Positions 37,293 through 46,939 of a stretch of DNA of 64,000 bases are shown here, piece after piece; position 1 is the first letter of the stretch, and each line of letters starts with the position of its first letter. The position numbers were made by a program, and so were the translations under genes. The stretch is from Nanobdellati archaeon (GTDB lineage: Archaea > Nanobdellota > Nanobdellia > UBA10117), in contig JACOYC010000012.1 of assembly GCA_016182015.1 (NCBI GenBank), forward strand, positions 29,623 through 93,622, written 5' to 3'. The notes below the pieces were generated by a model. It was not told the origin of the DNA and ran no database searches. It was given only the letters and a program-made list of their open reading frames with translations.

Positions 37293-38198
37293 GTGTTTTG
37301 CATGGACGAACCGCCCAAAAGCAGCTTTCTGGAGCCGCTAAAGCAGGTTTATGAACAGAAGTACAAGCTGCTGATGTTCATCACAATCGGTTTGCTGATA
37401 TTCTCATTAGGTGTTCTGGCCCATCAGAAGGCGACAACCGGCGAGTTCATACAAAAAGATGTCAGCCTGAAGGGCGGCTTGATTATTACAGTTCAGACCG
37501 ACAAGGAATTAGATATTGATGGGCTGGAATTGAATTTGTCAAAAGTGCTGGGTGTTTCGGTTGATGTTAAGTCGCTTTCCGCGCTGGCTGGCCAGCGGCT
37601 TGGTTATACAATAGAAATTGAGAAGCTGAGCCAAGATAAGGTTAAAGCAGAGGTCGAGAAACTCACTGGCGTGCCGTCCGCTACGTATACGATTGAGGAA
37701 TCATCAAGCGCGTTGTCTGATGCATTTTTTAAATCAATTGTCAAGGCTTTGTTTGCCGCATTTGTATTTATGTCAATTGTTGTCTTTGTTTATTTCAGGG
37801 TGCCTGCGCCAAGCCTGGCAGTCATACTGGCAGCCGCGTCCGACTTGATTGGAACGGTTGCGTTCATGCAATTACTTAACATCAAGCTGTCCGGGGCCGG
37901 CGTGGCCGCGCTGCTCATGCTCATAGGCTACTCTGTTGACACGGATATTCTGCTTTCAACCCGCGTGCTCAGGGGTTCAAAGCCGCTGATGGAGGAGGTC
38001 TACAGCTCGCTCAAGACCGGCATAACAATGCAGGCCACTGCGATAGCTGCCCTTGCTGTTCTGTATTTTGTAGCGCCGGCTGCGACCCTAAGGCAGATTT
38101 CAGTCATATTAATAATTGGCCTGATACTGGATGTTTTCAACACATGGATTCAGAATGTTGGCCTGCTGAGAATGTATCTGGAGTGGAAGAAAAAATAA
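37293..38198 (+). CDS. secF: Protein-export membrane protein SecF
   Basis: 301 aa, N-terminal TM, periplasmic domain, C-terminal 5-TM bundle; followed directly by secD. Confidence 0.8.
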   Translation: MFCMDEPPKSSFLEPLKQVYEQKYKLLMFITIGLLIFSLGVLAHQKATTGEFIQKDVSLKGGLIITVQTDKELDIDGLELNLSKVLGVSVDVKSLSALAGQRLGYTIEIEKLSQDKVKAEVEKLTGVPSATYTIEESSSALSDAFFKSIVKALFAAFVFMSIVVFVYFRVPAPSLAVILAAASDLIGTVAFMQLLNIKLSGAGVAALLMLIGYSVDTDILLSTRVLRGSKPLMEEVYSSLKTGITMQATAIAALAVLYFVAPAATLRQISVILIIGLILDVFNTWIQNVGLLRMYLEWKKK

Positions 38199-38199
38199 A

Positions 38200-39741
38200 A
38201 TGATAAAGATTAAAGAACTATTTACATCGTGGCGGGTATGGGTGCTTTTATTCCTGATAATTGCGTCTTACGCGGCGATAAATCCCAGATTTAAAGCCAG
38301 CGGCCTGACAATTTCGCAGGTAGATTTTAACAGCTCTGCTTATCTGAATGGCGTGCCAGATAATGTTCGGATAACGGAATTAAACGGAAAAACCGTTAAT
38401 AATATCCAGGATTTTAATGCTATTGCTGCAGGTATAAAGCCCGGCGACCTTGTTAAAATAACCGCGCTGCAAAAGCCGTTTGCCTTTCGCGCGATTGAAA
38501 AGGACAATCAGACCTATCTTGGCGTAACAGTTGAGCCGCTCCCGACATCGAATCTGAAAAAGGGCCTTGATCTGGTCGGCGGGGTGCGTGTTTTGCTGAA
38601 ACCAAAGGAAGCTGTCTCGCAGGAACAGTTTGCAGATTTGGTTGACATAACGCAGAAGCGCCTTAATGTTTTCGGGCTGAAGGACATAAGCGTGAAGCAG
38701 GTTTCTGATTTGGAGGGGAATAAGTTTCTTTTGGTCGAGATGGCCGGCACGACACAGCAGGAGGCCATTAAGCTGATTTCACAGCAGGGCAAGTTCGAGG
38801 CAAAAATCGGCAATGAGTCTGCATTTGTTGGCTCAGAGATAAAGCAGGTTTCCAGGTCTGCCCAGCAGGGCGCGGGCGTACAGCGATGCGCGCAGGGCGA
38901 GGACTGGACGTGCAGGTTTATGTTCCCGGTTACGATAACGCCTGAAGCAGCAAGGAGGCACGCAGACATAACAAGCAGGCTTGCAGTGACAACAAATGTC
39001 GGCGAGGAAAGCTATCTTGAAAAAAAGCTTGATTTGTATGTTGACGATGAACTGGTTGATTCGCTTTACATATCTTCATCATTGAAGGGGCAGGAGGCAA
39101 CGGAATTTACTATTCAGGGCTCAGGCGGCGGCAGCACAAGAGATGCCGCATTTAACTCCGCGCTTGACAACATGAAGCGCCTGCAGACAATTTTAATTAC
39201 CGGCTCGCTGCCCGTCAAGCTGCAGATAGAGAAGACTGATGTTATTTCACCGGCGCTTGGCTCGGAATTTTTAAGAACTGCGATAATTGCACTTTTCGCC
39301 GCGATCGTGGCTGTTGGCGTGATAATCGCTATCCGCTACAGGAAGCCGCACATTGCAATTCCCATTATGCTGACCAGCCTGTCAGAGGTTTTTATCGTGT
39401 TTGGCGTGGCCGCGCTGATTAAGCAAAATATAGATCTGGCAGCGATTGCCGGCGTGCTTGCCACTGTGGGAACTGGCGTAGACGCGCAGCTAGTTATAAC
39501 TGACGAGGTTCTGGAGCGCGGCTCGCAATTTGCGTACGACTGGAAGGAAAAACTAAAGCGGGCGCTGTTTATTATTATGGGTTCGTATGCAACTGTTGTT
39601 GCGGCGATGATTCCGCTGCTGGCAGTTGGTGCTGGCCTGCTCAAGGGCTTTGCAATCGTCACGATAATCGGCGCCACGATCGGCGTGTTCGTGACAAGGC
39701 CGGCATATGCGAGGATTATTGAGGTCCTTTTAAACAAGTAA
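38200..39741 (+). CDS. secD: Protein-export membrane protein SecD
   Basis: 513 aa, large periplasmic domain, C-terminal TM bundle with GVDAQLVITDE. Confidence 0.8.
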   Translation: MIKIKELFTSWRVWVLLFLIIASYAAINPRFKASGLTISQVDFNSSAYLNGVPDNVRITELNGKTVNNIQDFNAIAAGIKPGDLVKITALQKPFAFRAIEKDNQTYLGVTVEPLPTSNLKKGLDLVGGVRVLLKPKEAVSQEQFADLVDITQKRLNVFGLKDISVKQVSDLEGNKFLLVEMAGTTQQEAIKLISQQGKFEAKIGNESAFVGSEIKQVSRSAQQGAGVQRCAQGEDWTCRFMFPVTITPEAARRHADITSRLAVTTNVGEESYLEKKLDLYVDDELVDSLYISSSLKGQEATEFTIQGSGGGSTRDAAFNSALDNMKRLQTILITGSLPVKLQIEKTDVISPALGSEFLRTAIIALFAAIVAVGVIIAIRYRKPHIAIPIMLTSLSEVFIVFGVAALIKQNIDLAAIAGVLATVGTGVDAQLVITDEVLERGSQFAYDWKEKLKRALFIIMGSYATVVAAMIPLLAVGAGLLKGFAIVTIIGATIGVFVTRPAYARIIEVLLNK

Positions 39742-39818
39742 ACCCAAGTACATCCTAGTTAACCCCAATATACTTAAGTAAGCTTTAAATATGTGGCTTG
39801 CAGTCTTAACTGGGGTAA

Positions 39819-40013
39819 ATGGTGGCCACACTAATCAAGGTTAAAGAGCACACTAAAGCCAGGCTTAAAAAGCTGGCAATAGGGAAATTTGGCAGGGAGA
39901 TAGGCACCGACATGACTTATGATACTATAATATCGCTGCTACTAAAGGAAGCCGAGAAGCGCGGTTTTGATTTTACAAAACTTATAAAAAGTCTGGAGAG
40001 GGGTGCTGATTAA
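39819..40013 (+). CDS. Small hypothetical protein (possible RHH/antitoxin-like)
   Basis: 64 aa, TLIKVKEHTKARLKKLA pattern. Confidence 0.35.
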   Translation: MVATLIKVKEHTKARLKKLAIGKFGREIGTDMTYDTIISLLLKEAEKRGFDFTKLIKSLERGAD

Positions 40014-40909
40014 TGGTTCTAGAAGATTTAATACCAGTCCGGACAGCAGAGCGCAAGCCATATGAGATGCTGCCAATCGCGTTTATTTACGCGACAGTCT
40101 CTATTTTTGTGGCGCAGTGGATTTTTCCGACGCAGGCCGCAATAGTTGCAGTTTTCATGACTACAATTGCCTGCCTGCCACTTATGATTAATATAATCGG
40201 CTTTGAGAAAGAAAAGCTTGAGCATCACAAGGATTATCTGCGCGATGTTATCTATTCGCTGTTTGGCCGTGCCCACCCGGAGCGCTCGGAGCCGGAAGAG
40301 CGGGTTTTGCCGTTCTTTATATTTTTGTTTCTCGGCCTGACAATTGCAGTCATTGTCTGGTTTGTCGTGCTTCCAAAGGAATCCGCGCAGAATATTTTTT
40401 ATGTGCAGCTTAATACGATACGCGAGATTAACCTTGGCATACAAGGCGGAACGACAGCATCGTTATTTTTTGCGAAGATTCTGTTAAACAACGTGAAGGT
40501 TCTTTCATTCAGCGTTTTATTTTCGCTTATCTATGGAGCCGGTGCGATTTTTATTTTAGTTTGGAATGCATCTGTAATCGGGGTTGCAATTGGTGACACT
40601 ATGAGAAACGCGCTAGCCAAAGCCGCAGGCGCTGCCGGAAGCGCTACGGTTGGAGTCGCAGGCTACTCTACGGCAGTTTCTGCATCTGTGTTTCGCTACA
40701 TGATTCATGGCGTGCCAGAAATACTTGCGTATTTTATAGGCGCACTGGCCGGCGGTTTGATATCCATCGCGGTAACGCGGCATGAATGGAATTCTGAAAA
40801 ATTCGAGGAGACAACCTACGACGCACTTGGGCTTGTTGTGATAGCAATACTTGTGCTCATACTTGCAGCAATACTTGAAGTGGCTGTTTCTCCGCTCGTA
40901 ACCGTGTGA
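40013..40909 (+). CDS. Polytopic membrane protein, SpoIIM/DUF95-like
   Basis: 298 aa, 6-7 TM segments. Confidence 0.45.
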   Translation: MVLEDLIPVRTAERKPYEMLPIAFIYATVSIFVAQWIFPTQAAIVAVFMTTIACLPLMINIIGFEKEKLEHHKDYLRDVIYSLFGRAHPERSEPEERVLPFFIFLFLGLTIAVIVWFVVLPKESAQNIFYVQLNTIREINLGIQGGTTASLFFAKILLNNVKVLSFSVLFSLIYGAGAIFILVWNASVIGVAIGDTMRNALAKAAGAAGSATVGVAGYSTAVSASVFRYMIHGVPEILAYFIGALAGGLISIAVTRHEWNSEKFEETTYDALGLVVIAILVLILAAILEVAVSPLVTV

Positions 40910-41012
40910 AAAGTGTTAAAAAGTGCTTTTTCATATCTTAGTCAGATATAATGATGGCAGAGACGAGCGGCATCTGTTAAATGATATTTCTAGGGTTATT
41001 GAAGAAAGACTG

Positions 41013-41609
41013 CTAGCTAAATAGCGCTTTCAGGCCGGCTGCGATTATTTCATCGGCGTTGGCTTCGTTCGACCCAGGCACTTCCAGCTTTTGTCCGTGC
41101 TGCAACTTGAAATATTCATAGAACTTTTTTGTTGGCTCGAGCCACTTGGAGAGGCCTGCCTTTGAGCTTTCAATAAATCCCTTTTCAATTAGCAGTTTGA
41201 TGTGGGAGTATGCCTTGTTGCTTCTTACTCTTACTACATCGCACTGCCTTGAGCCGCTGCGCCACGCAATGTAGGCCAGCGTTTCCAGAACAGATTTGTC
41301 AAACTCAGGCTCAGCAATGTTTTTAACAACGGGAATAAATTCATCAGGCACTTTAAATTTCCATAGATTACTGTCATTTACGAGCTGGATGCCGCGCTTG
41401 CCTGCATACTCCTGCTGAACTTGAATAAGCACAGCCTTTATCTTCCCGCGCTGGATGACGCCAAGCTTTTCTCCGAGCTTGTCTATTGTAACGCCATCAG
41501 GAATGCAGTATAGAATTGCTTCTATTCTTGCTTTTAATTCTTCATTGCTGAGCTCATCGCCAGTTGCCTGTATCTCTGCGACTTGCTGCGGAACCTTTTG
41601 TCTGGCCAT
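41013..41609 (-). CDS. scpB: Segregation and condensation protein B (ScpB)
   Basis: Tandem winged-helix pattern EAILYCIPDGVTIDKL ... LLIEKGFIESSKAG. Confidence 0.75.
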   Translation of the reverse strand: MARQKVPQQVAEIQATGDELSNEELKARIEAILYCIPDGVTIDKLGEKLGVIQRGKIKAVLIQVQQEYAGKRGIQLVNDSNLWKFKVPDEFIPVVKNIAEPEFDKSVLETLAYIAWRSGSRQCDVVRVRSNKAYSHIKLLIEKGFIESSKAGLSKWLEPTKKFYEYFKLQHGQKLEVPGSNEANADEIIAAGLKALFS

Positions 41610-41641
41610 GTTTTAGAGGCAATTAACACATTTATTAAACT

Positions 41642-41689
41642 ATCGTTAAAGCATGTAGCTAAAAAATTAGTAAAATATGCTTTAACGAT
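41642..41689. promoter_or_regulatory. 13-bp perfect inverted repeat ATCGTTAAAGCAT(N22)ATGCTTTAACGAT
   Basis: Located between scpA 3' end and scpB start. Confidence 0.4.
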
Positions 41690-41814
41690 TCCTTCGAACT
41701 GCCGTATATTTAAGGTTGGTTCGAAGTTATGAAAAAATGCCGAAACCTAGCAAAATCCCATTGGATTTTGCAGAGCAGCTAAAAATACTAGGTATTTTTA
41801 TCTGACCCCGCGCT

Positions 41815-42699
41815 TCAGCGCGCGGGATGTGACAAAATTGTTCCTGAACTGGCCGATTTTTTTCTTTGTAATCGCCTTCCATTTTGTTTTCTTGCTGGCT
41901 TGGCATGCTCTTTTTCTGGCTCAATTATTTCCTCTGGCTCGGCAAACTCCTCTTTCTTAATTGCTGCATCGCCAAGACCGTCGTGCAGGTCTATAAAAAT
42001 TTCCTTAAATGCCTCTTCCTGCCGCAGCTCGACTTTCTGGTGTTGCGCGAGATGAAGCAGCGGCAGCAGCGTCCAGATAATATCTTTCTTTTCCTTGCTG
42101 GGCAGGATTTCTGAAAATGTTACAGAATTCTTTTTGAACCGGTGCACAAATGATTTTATTTTTGCCCAGAGCAGCTCTATTTTAGCGAAAATATCTACTT
42201 TCTTAATTGTTATTTCCCTTGGTTTTCGGAGCTCAGCCATATCAATTTGTTTTTGCTCTCTTCTTTGATCAACTTCGAGGGCTTTTTTCAGCGCGTCCAT
42301 AAGTTCGAATACAGTGACTTTTCTTTTTCTTACGCCGGGGATTCGCGCGGCCAGCGAAGCTTTTTTGAAGTGCTTTTCCTCTTCTAAGTCAACCAAATCA
42401 GTTTCATTCTCATGTAAATCATCGCCGCACTCATCCGGATTTGTTAGGGCAAGCAACTGTTCAACGCCTAGCCGCTCAGTTTTCATTTTTAGAAGAATAG
42501 CCGCAGCAAGAACAACCTTGCCGGACAGCCGAAAATTATGCTGTTTTAACTCTCGCAGCACGCGCAGGTATTCCCGGGCCAGCACAGAAACGTCCAAATC
42601 CCACGGGTCAATCTTGCCTGCACGAACAAGGTCATAGATAATGGCCTGCCATTTGACATCGTCTCCCTGCAGTATCATATCATAGATTTCCTTAGACAT
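41815..42699 (-). CDS. scpA: Segregation and condensation protein A (ScpA, kleisin)
   Basis: N-terminal WQAIIYDLVRAGKIDPWDLDVSVLAREYL kleisin motif. Confidence 0.8.
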   Translation of the reverse strand: MSKEIYDMILQGDDVKWQAIIYDLVRAGKIDPWDLDVSVLAREYLRVLRELKQHNFRLSGKVVLAAAILLKMKTERLGVEQLLALTNPDECGDDLHENETDLVDLEEEKHFKKASLAARIPGVRKRKVTVFELMDALKKALEVDQRREQKQIDMAELRKPREITIKKVDIFAKIELLWAKIKSFVHRFKKNSVTFSEILPSKEKKDIIWTLLPLLHLAQHQKVELRQEEAFKEIFIDLHDGLGDAAIKKEEFAEPEEIIEPEKEHAKPARKQNGRRLQRKKSASSGTILSHPAR

Positions 42700-42700
42700 T

Positions 42701-43342
42701 TCACACCAGACTTAAAAAGAGCAAGCTACCGCTTATTAACATTTCCGCAAGCCAGACGCCTTTGCTCCAGCTCCATATTTTTTGACCGTCGAGGACAGCA
42801 AAGGGCAGAAGGTTAAAGATTGCCAGCCCCGCATTGACAAAAGCGCCCGTTTTGAAAACCTCTAACCCAAAAGCCAAAGAAAGAGCTACGAAAAAAAGCG
42901 TAAGGATGTTGTTAACTACCGGGCCGGCCAGCCCGATCTTTCCCATTTTTTCTTTGGTTATACTAACGTGTTTCATGACAAAGCCGTTTTTTGTTTCGCG
43001 AATCGGCGCAATCATTGTCGCGCCGGGCGCGGCAAAAACAAAGCTGCCCTTTGATATAAGCGACATGCCGATCGCGAGCATCAACCCAAATGGCCACATC
43101 CTGAACTCTGCCCAAAGGCCGTATTTTTCTGCTACAAATTTATGGCCTAGCTCGTGCAGCACAAAGGCAAAGCCGACAGCAATCAAGGTTTCTGTAAAAA
43201 ATCTGAAATTGTAATTGAAACCGCCGGAGAAAATCTCTTTGCGAAAAAGTACTAACGAGAATGCGAAGGCGAGGGCCAGCAGCGCTATTGTAATGTGCTG
43301 AATCTCGGTGCGCGATGTTTTGAATCTTGTTGATTTTATCAT
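42701..43342 (-). CDS. M50-family membrane metalloprotease
   Basis: HELGH zinc motif in TM helix; sits between smc and scpA. Confidence 0.7.
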   Translation of the reverse strand: MIKSTRFKTSRTEIQHITIALLALAFAFSLVLFRKEIFSGGFNYNFRFFTETLIAVGFAFVLHELGHKFVAEKYGLWAEFRMWPFGLMLAIGMSLISKGSFVFAAPGATMIAPIRETKNGFVMKHVSITKEKMGKIGLAGPVVNNILTLFFVALSLAFGLEVFKTGAFVNAGLAIFNLLPFAVLDGQKIWSWSKGVWLAEMLISGSLLFLSLV

Positions 43343-46300
43343 ATTTTAACGCTTACTACGTTCGACCAGCCGTCCTTTGTCATACTAACGCCATAAATGC
43401 TGTCAGATTCGGATATTACTGCGTCGTTGTGCGTCACAATTATCACCTGCGCTTTTTGCGAGTATTCTTTCAGCAGCCTCGCAACTCTCTCAGAATTTAC
43501 CTTGTCGAGTGCGGCGTCAATTTCATCCAGAAGGTAGAACGGTGCAGGCTCGTGCTCCTGGATTGCGAAGATAAACGCCAGCGCAGCAAGGGTTTTCTCA
43601 CCGCCGGACAGCGATGTCAGGCTTGTCCGCCTGCCTTTCGCATCAATTATTTTTACAAGCACGCCGCCCCCAAACGGATTTTCAGGATTTTCCAATTCAA
43701 GGGTTGCGTGGTTTTTGTCGGCAATTTTTGCGTGCAGTTCCATGAATTTTTCAGCAATTTTTTCATATGTGCCGATGAACGCATCTTTCTTTTTCTTTTC
43801 GATTTCATCTATAACGCCAAGCACATCATTTTTTTCCGCTTGCAGCTTATTTGTTCTGCTAGCAAGGTTCTCGTACTCCTGCTGAACAGCTTCAAACACT
43901 TCCAGCGCGCGCATATTTATAGAACCGAGCGACTGTAGTTTGTCATTTACTGATTTTATTTTCTTTTTTGCGTCTTCAATATTTTTCACTTCTGCAAGCG
44001 TAATATCTGTGAAGGGCTCAAATTCCTGTTTCAGGCCGGCAAGCTCAGCTTCGTACTGGGCCTTTTCTATTGCGAAGTTATTTTTTGCCTGCTCTGCCTG
44101 CGAAATTTTCAGCATATGCTCGTTGAGCTGGGATTCCGTTTCGCGTAAAAGCGTGCCTGCCTGATTTTTGTTTGCAAATAGTTCTTTTATTTTCGCGTGG
44201 AATTTTTCTTCATCAGTTTCTTTGCCGTTTATGTCTTTTTCCAGTTTTTTCAACTGCGACTCTTCATCAACAATTTGTTTTTCAAACTCCTTTTTTTCTT
44301 TTTCAAGGTGCTTTAGGTTTTTCTCGATGCGCTCAAGCTCTGGGCGCAGGCTGTTGTCAAGAGCAGCAGTTATCGTGGCAAGCTGTGATTCTACATCAGA
44401 TTTTTTGGCCAGAAGCTCCTCGATTGCTTTTTTATTACCGCCGAACTGCAGGTCGCGCGCCCGCAGGCTTAGTTCATTTCGCTCCTGCGCTGCGGTTTTT
44501 AGTTTTGATTCAATTGAAGTGCGCTCGCTTTCAGCCTCAGCAAGTTTTTTCTGCAAATCAGATTTTTGTTTTTCCAAATCGTCCTGTTTTTTCCGGAGCT
44601 TTTCCTTTTCTTTCTCGCCGTAAATTTCTTTTGCAAGGACTGCCTTGCCTTCCAGCTCAGCTTTTTCCCCGCGCAGGCCGGAAATTTTTTCCTGAAGCTT
44701 CTCTCGCTCAGCCTGCATTTGTTTAATATTTTTATTTATGACAGAGAGGTCAGCTTCAAGTTTTACGACGAGGCCCTGCATCTCTGTTTGCTCAAAACCT
44801 ATTCCCGCACCTTTTTCACGGAAGCCGCCGGTTATAGCACCGCTCTGTTCAAACAAATCGCCGTCTAAAGTTACCATTCGGTATTTTCCTACGCCGAGCG
44901 ATCTTGCAGTTTGTATGCTTTCAACAACAAGCGTGTTCCGGAAAATATATTTGAATAAATTTTTATATTTTGATTCACATGTTATGAGGTTGTGTGCAAG
45001 GCCGATCACGCCGGACTTTTTCAGCGTGCTGGCCTCGACCTGCTGGCCCGCAGATATCTTGTCAAGCGGCAGGAAAGTAGCAGTGCCTGCCCGCGCATCT
45101 TTCAGGACTTGTAGGCATTTTATCGCAACATCAACAGATTCAGTGACTATATTTTTCATCCGCGCCCCAGCCGCGATTTTCAGGGCTTCTGCGTATTCTT
45201 TGTCAACTTTTCCCAGTTCTGCTATAGTTCCAAGCACGCCAGGCATTTTTTTCTTTGCTATTTCCTTGACTGCCTGATCGCGCTGCAGCATTTCTGAGAT
45301 AGAGCTGGCATGGGCCCGCGCCTTTGCAAACTCTTCTTCTTTTTTGATAAGTTCTTTATGCAGCTCGCCGGTGTCAAGGGCGAGTTTTGAATCCCGGCTG
45401 GCCAGCGCGGATATCTCGTCAGATATTTTTTTGAACCTGTTTTTGGCATCCTTCACGTCAGAAAACTTTTCTTCATCCTTTTCTATTTTTTTCAGTTCTT
45501 CTTCAGCAGATTTAAGTTCATGCTCGAGAATTTTCATATTTGATTGTATCTGGTAGTAAGCAGTGTTGGCTTTTTCCCGCTCGTCGCTGAGATCTTTAAG
45601 TGCTTCATCGAGGCGTTTTGCGTCCTTTTCCAGTTCGGCAAGCTCCGAGTCTGACTCGCCCTTTTTTGATGGCTCTGCGCGTTTTTTTATTAATGTAAGC
45701 TCCTTTTCAAGTTCAGTTTTATTTTTTTCATTGTTTTTTATTTTTGTTTCCAGCTCAGCGAGTGCGCCGCTCCAGTCCGCCTTTCTTGCATCTGCCTTCT
45801 GCAGCTCCGCGCGCGAGTTTGAAATTAGCAGCCTGCTCTTTTCAGCGGAGACTTTTAGGCCTTCAATTTCTTTTTGCAGGGCCTGCGCTTCTTCGCCGCC
45901 TTTTTTTTGGATTTCTTTTTCGAGGCGCTCTATGTTGTTCCTGAACTGGCCGATTTTTTTCTTTGTAATCTCGACTTCGAGCCCAAGGTTGTTTACTGCC
46001 TGCTCCTGCTTTTCTATCTCGCTGAGGGTTTTGTTTTTTCTTGTGTTTGTCAAGTCAGTGCGGAGTTTTATCTCCGCGGCCCGCAGTCCTTTCAGCTCGG
46101 CCTGCATGCTTCTGTATCTCTCCGCGCCCTTCTTTTCCTCTTCGAGATTTTTCATGTAATTTTCTTTTTCGCGCAGGATTATGCCTGCTTCTTTCAGCTT
46201 ATCATCAACTTTTGCAAGTTCTGCCAGCGCTTTGTTTTTACGCTCTTCATATACGCCGATGCCAGCCACTTCTTCAACAAGCTGCCTTTTTTCCAGAGGC

Positions 46301-46758
46301 TTCATTTCTACAAAATGGGCGATGTCGCCCTGCAATATTATGTTGTGGCCTTCCGGATGAACCCTTACGAGGGAAAGAAGTTCCAGCACTTCGCCGCGGG
46401 TCGAATTCTTGCTGTTTATTTTATACTGTGTGCCGCCGTCTTTTTTTATTTTTCTTTTGATTTCAATCTGCTTTTCCTGCATCGGAAAAACGCCCGCGGA
46501 ATTATCTAAATATATCGCCGTATCCGCCTCGCTTGCTGTGTTCGATTTTTTCTTGAAAATTAAATCAGAAAAATTTTCAGCCCTGAGGTCTTTCGATGAC
46601 ATCCGGCCAAGAATGAAGCAAAAGCCGTCCAGCACGTTCGATTTTCCCGAGCCGTTTGGGCCGATTACTGCGTTAAGCCCGGGGCCGAACTGCAGCTGGG
46701 TTGTCTTGCCGAATGATTTGAAGCCGCGCAAATTCAGGCCGGATATAAATGTCTTCAT
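43339..46758 (-). CDS. smc: Chromosome segregation protein SMC
   Basis: N-terminal Walker A GPNGSGKSN, long coiled coils, hinge, C-terminal LSGGEKTLAALAF signature and Walker B; 1139 aa. Confidence 0.95.
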   Translation of the reverse strand: MKTFISGLNLRGFKSFGKTTQLQFGPGLNAVIGPNGSGKSNVLDGFCFILGRMSSKDLRAENFSDLIFKKKSNTASEADTAIYLDNSAGVFPMQEKQIEIKRKIKKDGGTQYKINSKNSTRGEVLELLSLVRVHPEGHNIILQGDIAHFVEMKPLEKRQLVEEVAGIGVYEERKNKALAELAKVDDKLKEAGIILREKENYMKNLEEEKKGAERYRSMQAELKGLRAAEIKLRTDLTNTRKNKTLSEIEKQEQAVNNLGLEVEITKKKIGQFRNNIERLEKEIQKKGGEEAQALQKEIEGLKVSAEKSRLLISNSRAELQKADARKADWSGALAELETKIKNNEKNKTELEKELTLIKKRAEPSKKGESDSELAELEKDAKRLDEALKDLSDEREKANTAYYQIQSNMKILEHELKSAEEELKKIEKDEEKFSDVKDAKNRFKKISDEISALASRDSKLALDTGELHKELIKKEEEFAKARAHASSISEMLQRDQAVKEIAKKKMPGVLGTIAELGKVDKEYAEALKIAAGARMKNIVTESVDVAIKCLQVLKDARAGTATFLPLDKISAGQQVEASTLKKSGVIGLAHNLITCESKYKNLFKYIFRNTLVVESIQTARSLGVGKYRMVTLDGDLFEQSGAITGGFREKGAGIGFEQTEMQGLVVKLEADLSVINKNIKQMQAEREKLQEKISGLRGEKAELEGKAVLAKEIYGEKEKEKLRKKQDDLEKQKSDLQKKLAEAESERTSIESKLKTAAQERNELSLRARDLQFGGNKKAIEELLAKKSDVESQLATITAALDNSLRPELERIEKNLKHLEKEKKEFEKQIVDEESQLKKLEKDINGKETDEEKFHAKIKELFANKNQAGTLLRETESQLNEHMLKISQAEQAKNNFAIEKAQYEAELAGLKQEFEPFTDITLAEVKNIEDAKKKIKSVNDKLQSLGSINMRALEVFEAVQQEYENLASRTNKLQAEKNDVLGVIDEIEKKKKDAFIGTYEKIAEKFMELHAKIADKNHATLELENPENPFGGGVLVKIIDAKGRRTSLTSLSGGEKTLAALAFIFAIQEHEPAPFYLLDEIDAALDKVNSERVARLLKEYSQKAQVIIVTHNDAVISESDSIYGVSMTKDGWSNVVSVKI

Positions 46759-46939
46759 TCCCAGCCAGCCCTAGCGAGAGAATGATTAGCAAATGGGCCA
46801 CGTGAAATTTGTTTCATTACGCTGTTCCTCCAACCGCCACACAATTAAATGGGTGCTTATAAATTTAACTATATTTTAGCTCGGATTAAGCGATGAATTT
46901 AAATAATAGGGTTTTTATCTGTATTTAGGAGGGCTGGCC

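Noticed and set aside
43940-46774. Numerous plus-strand ORFs (for example 44172-44726, 45563-46159, 45874-46509) inside the smc region
   Set aside because: They are antisense to the long SMC coiled-coil coding sequence. Low-complexity S/F-rich translations are typical mirror-frame artefacts of E/K/L-rich genes.
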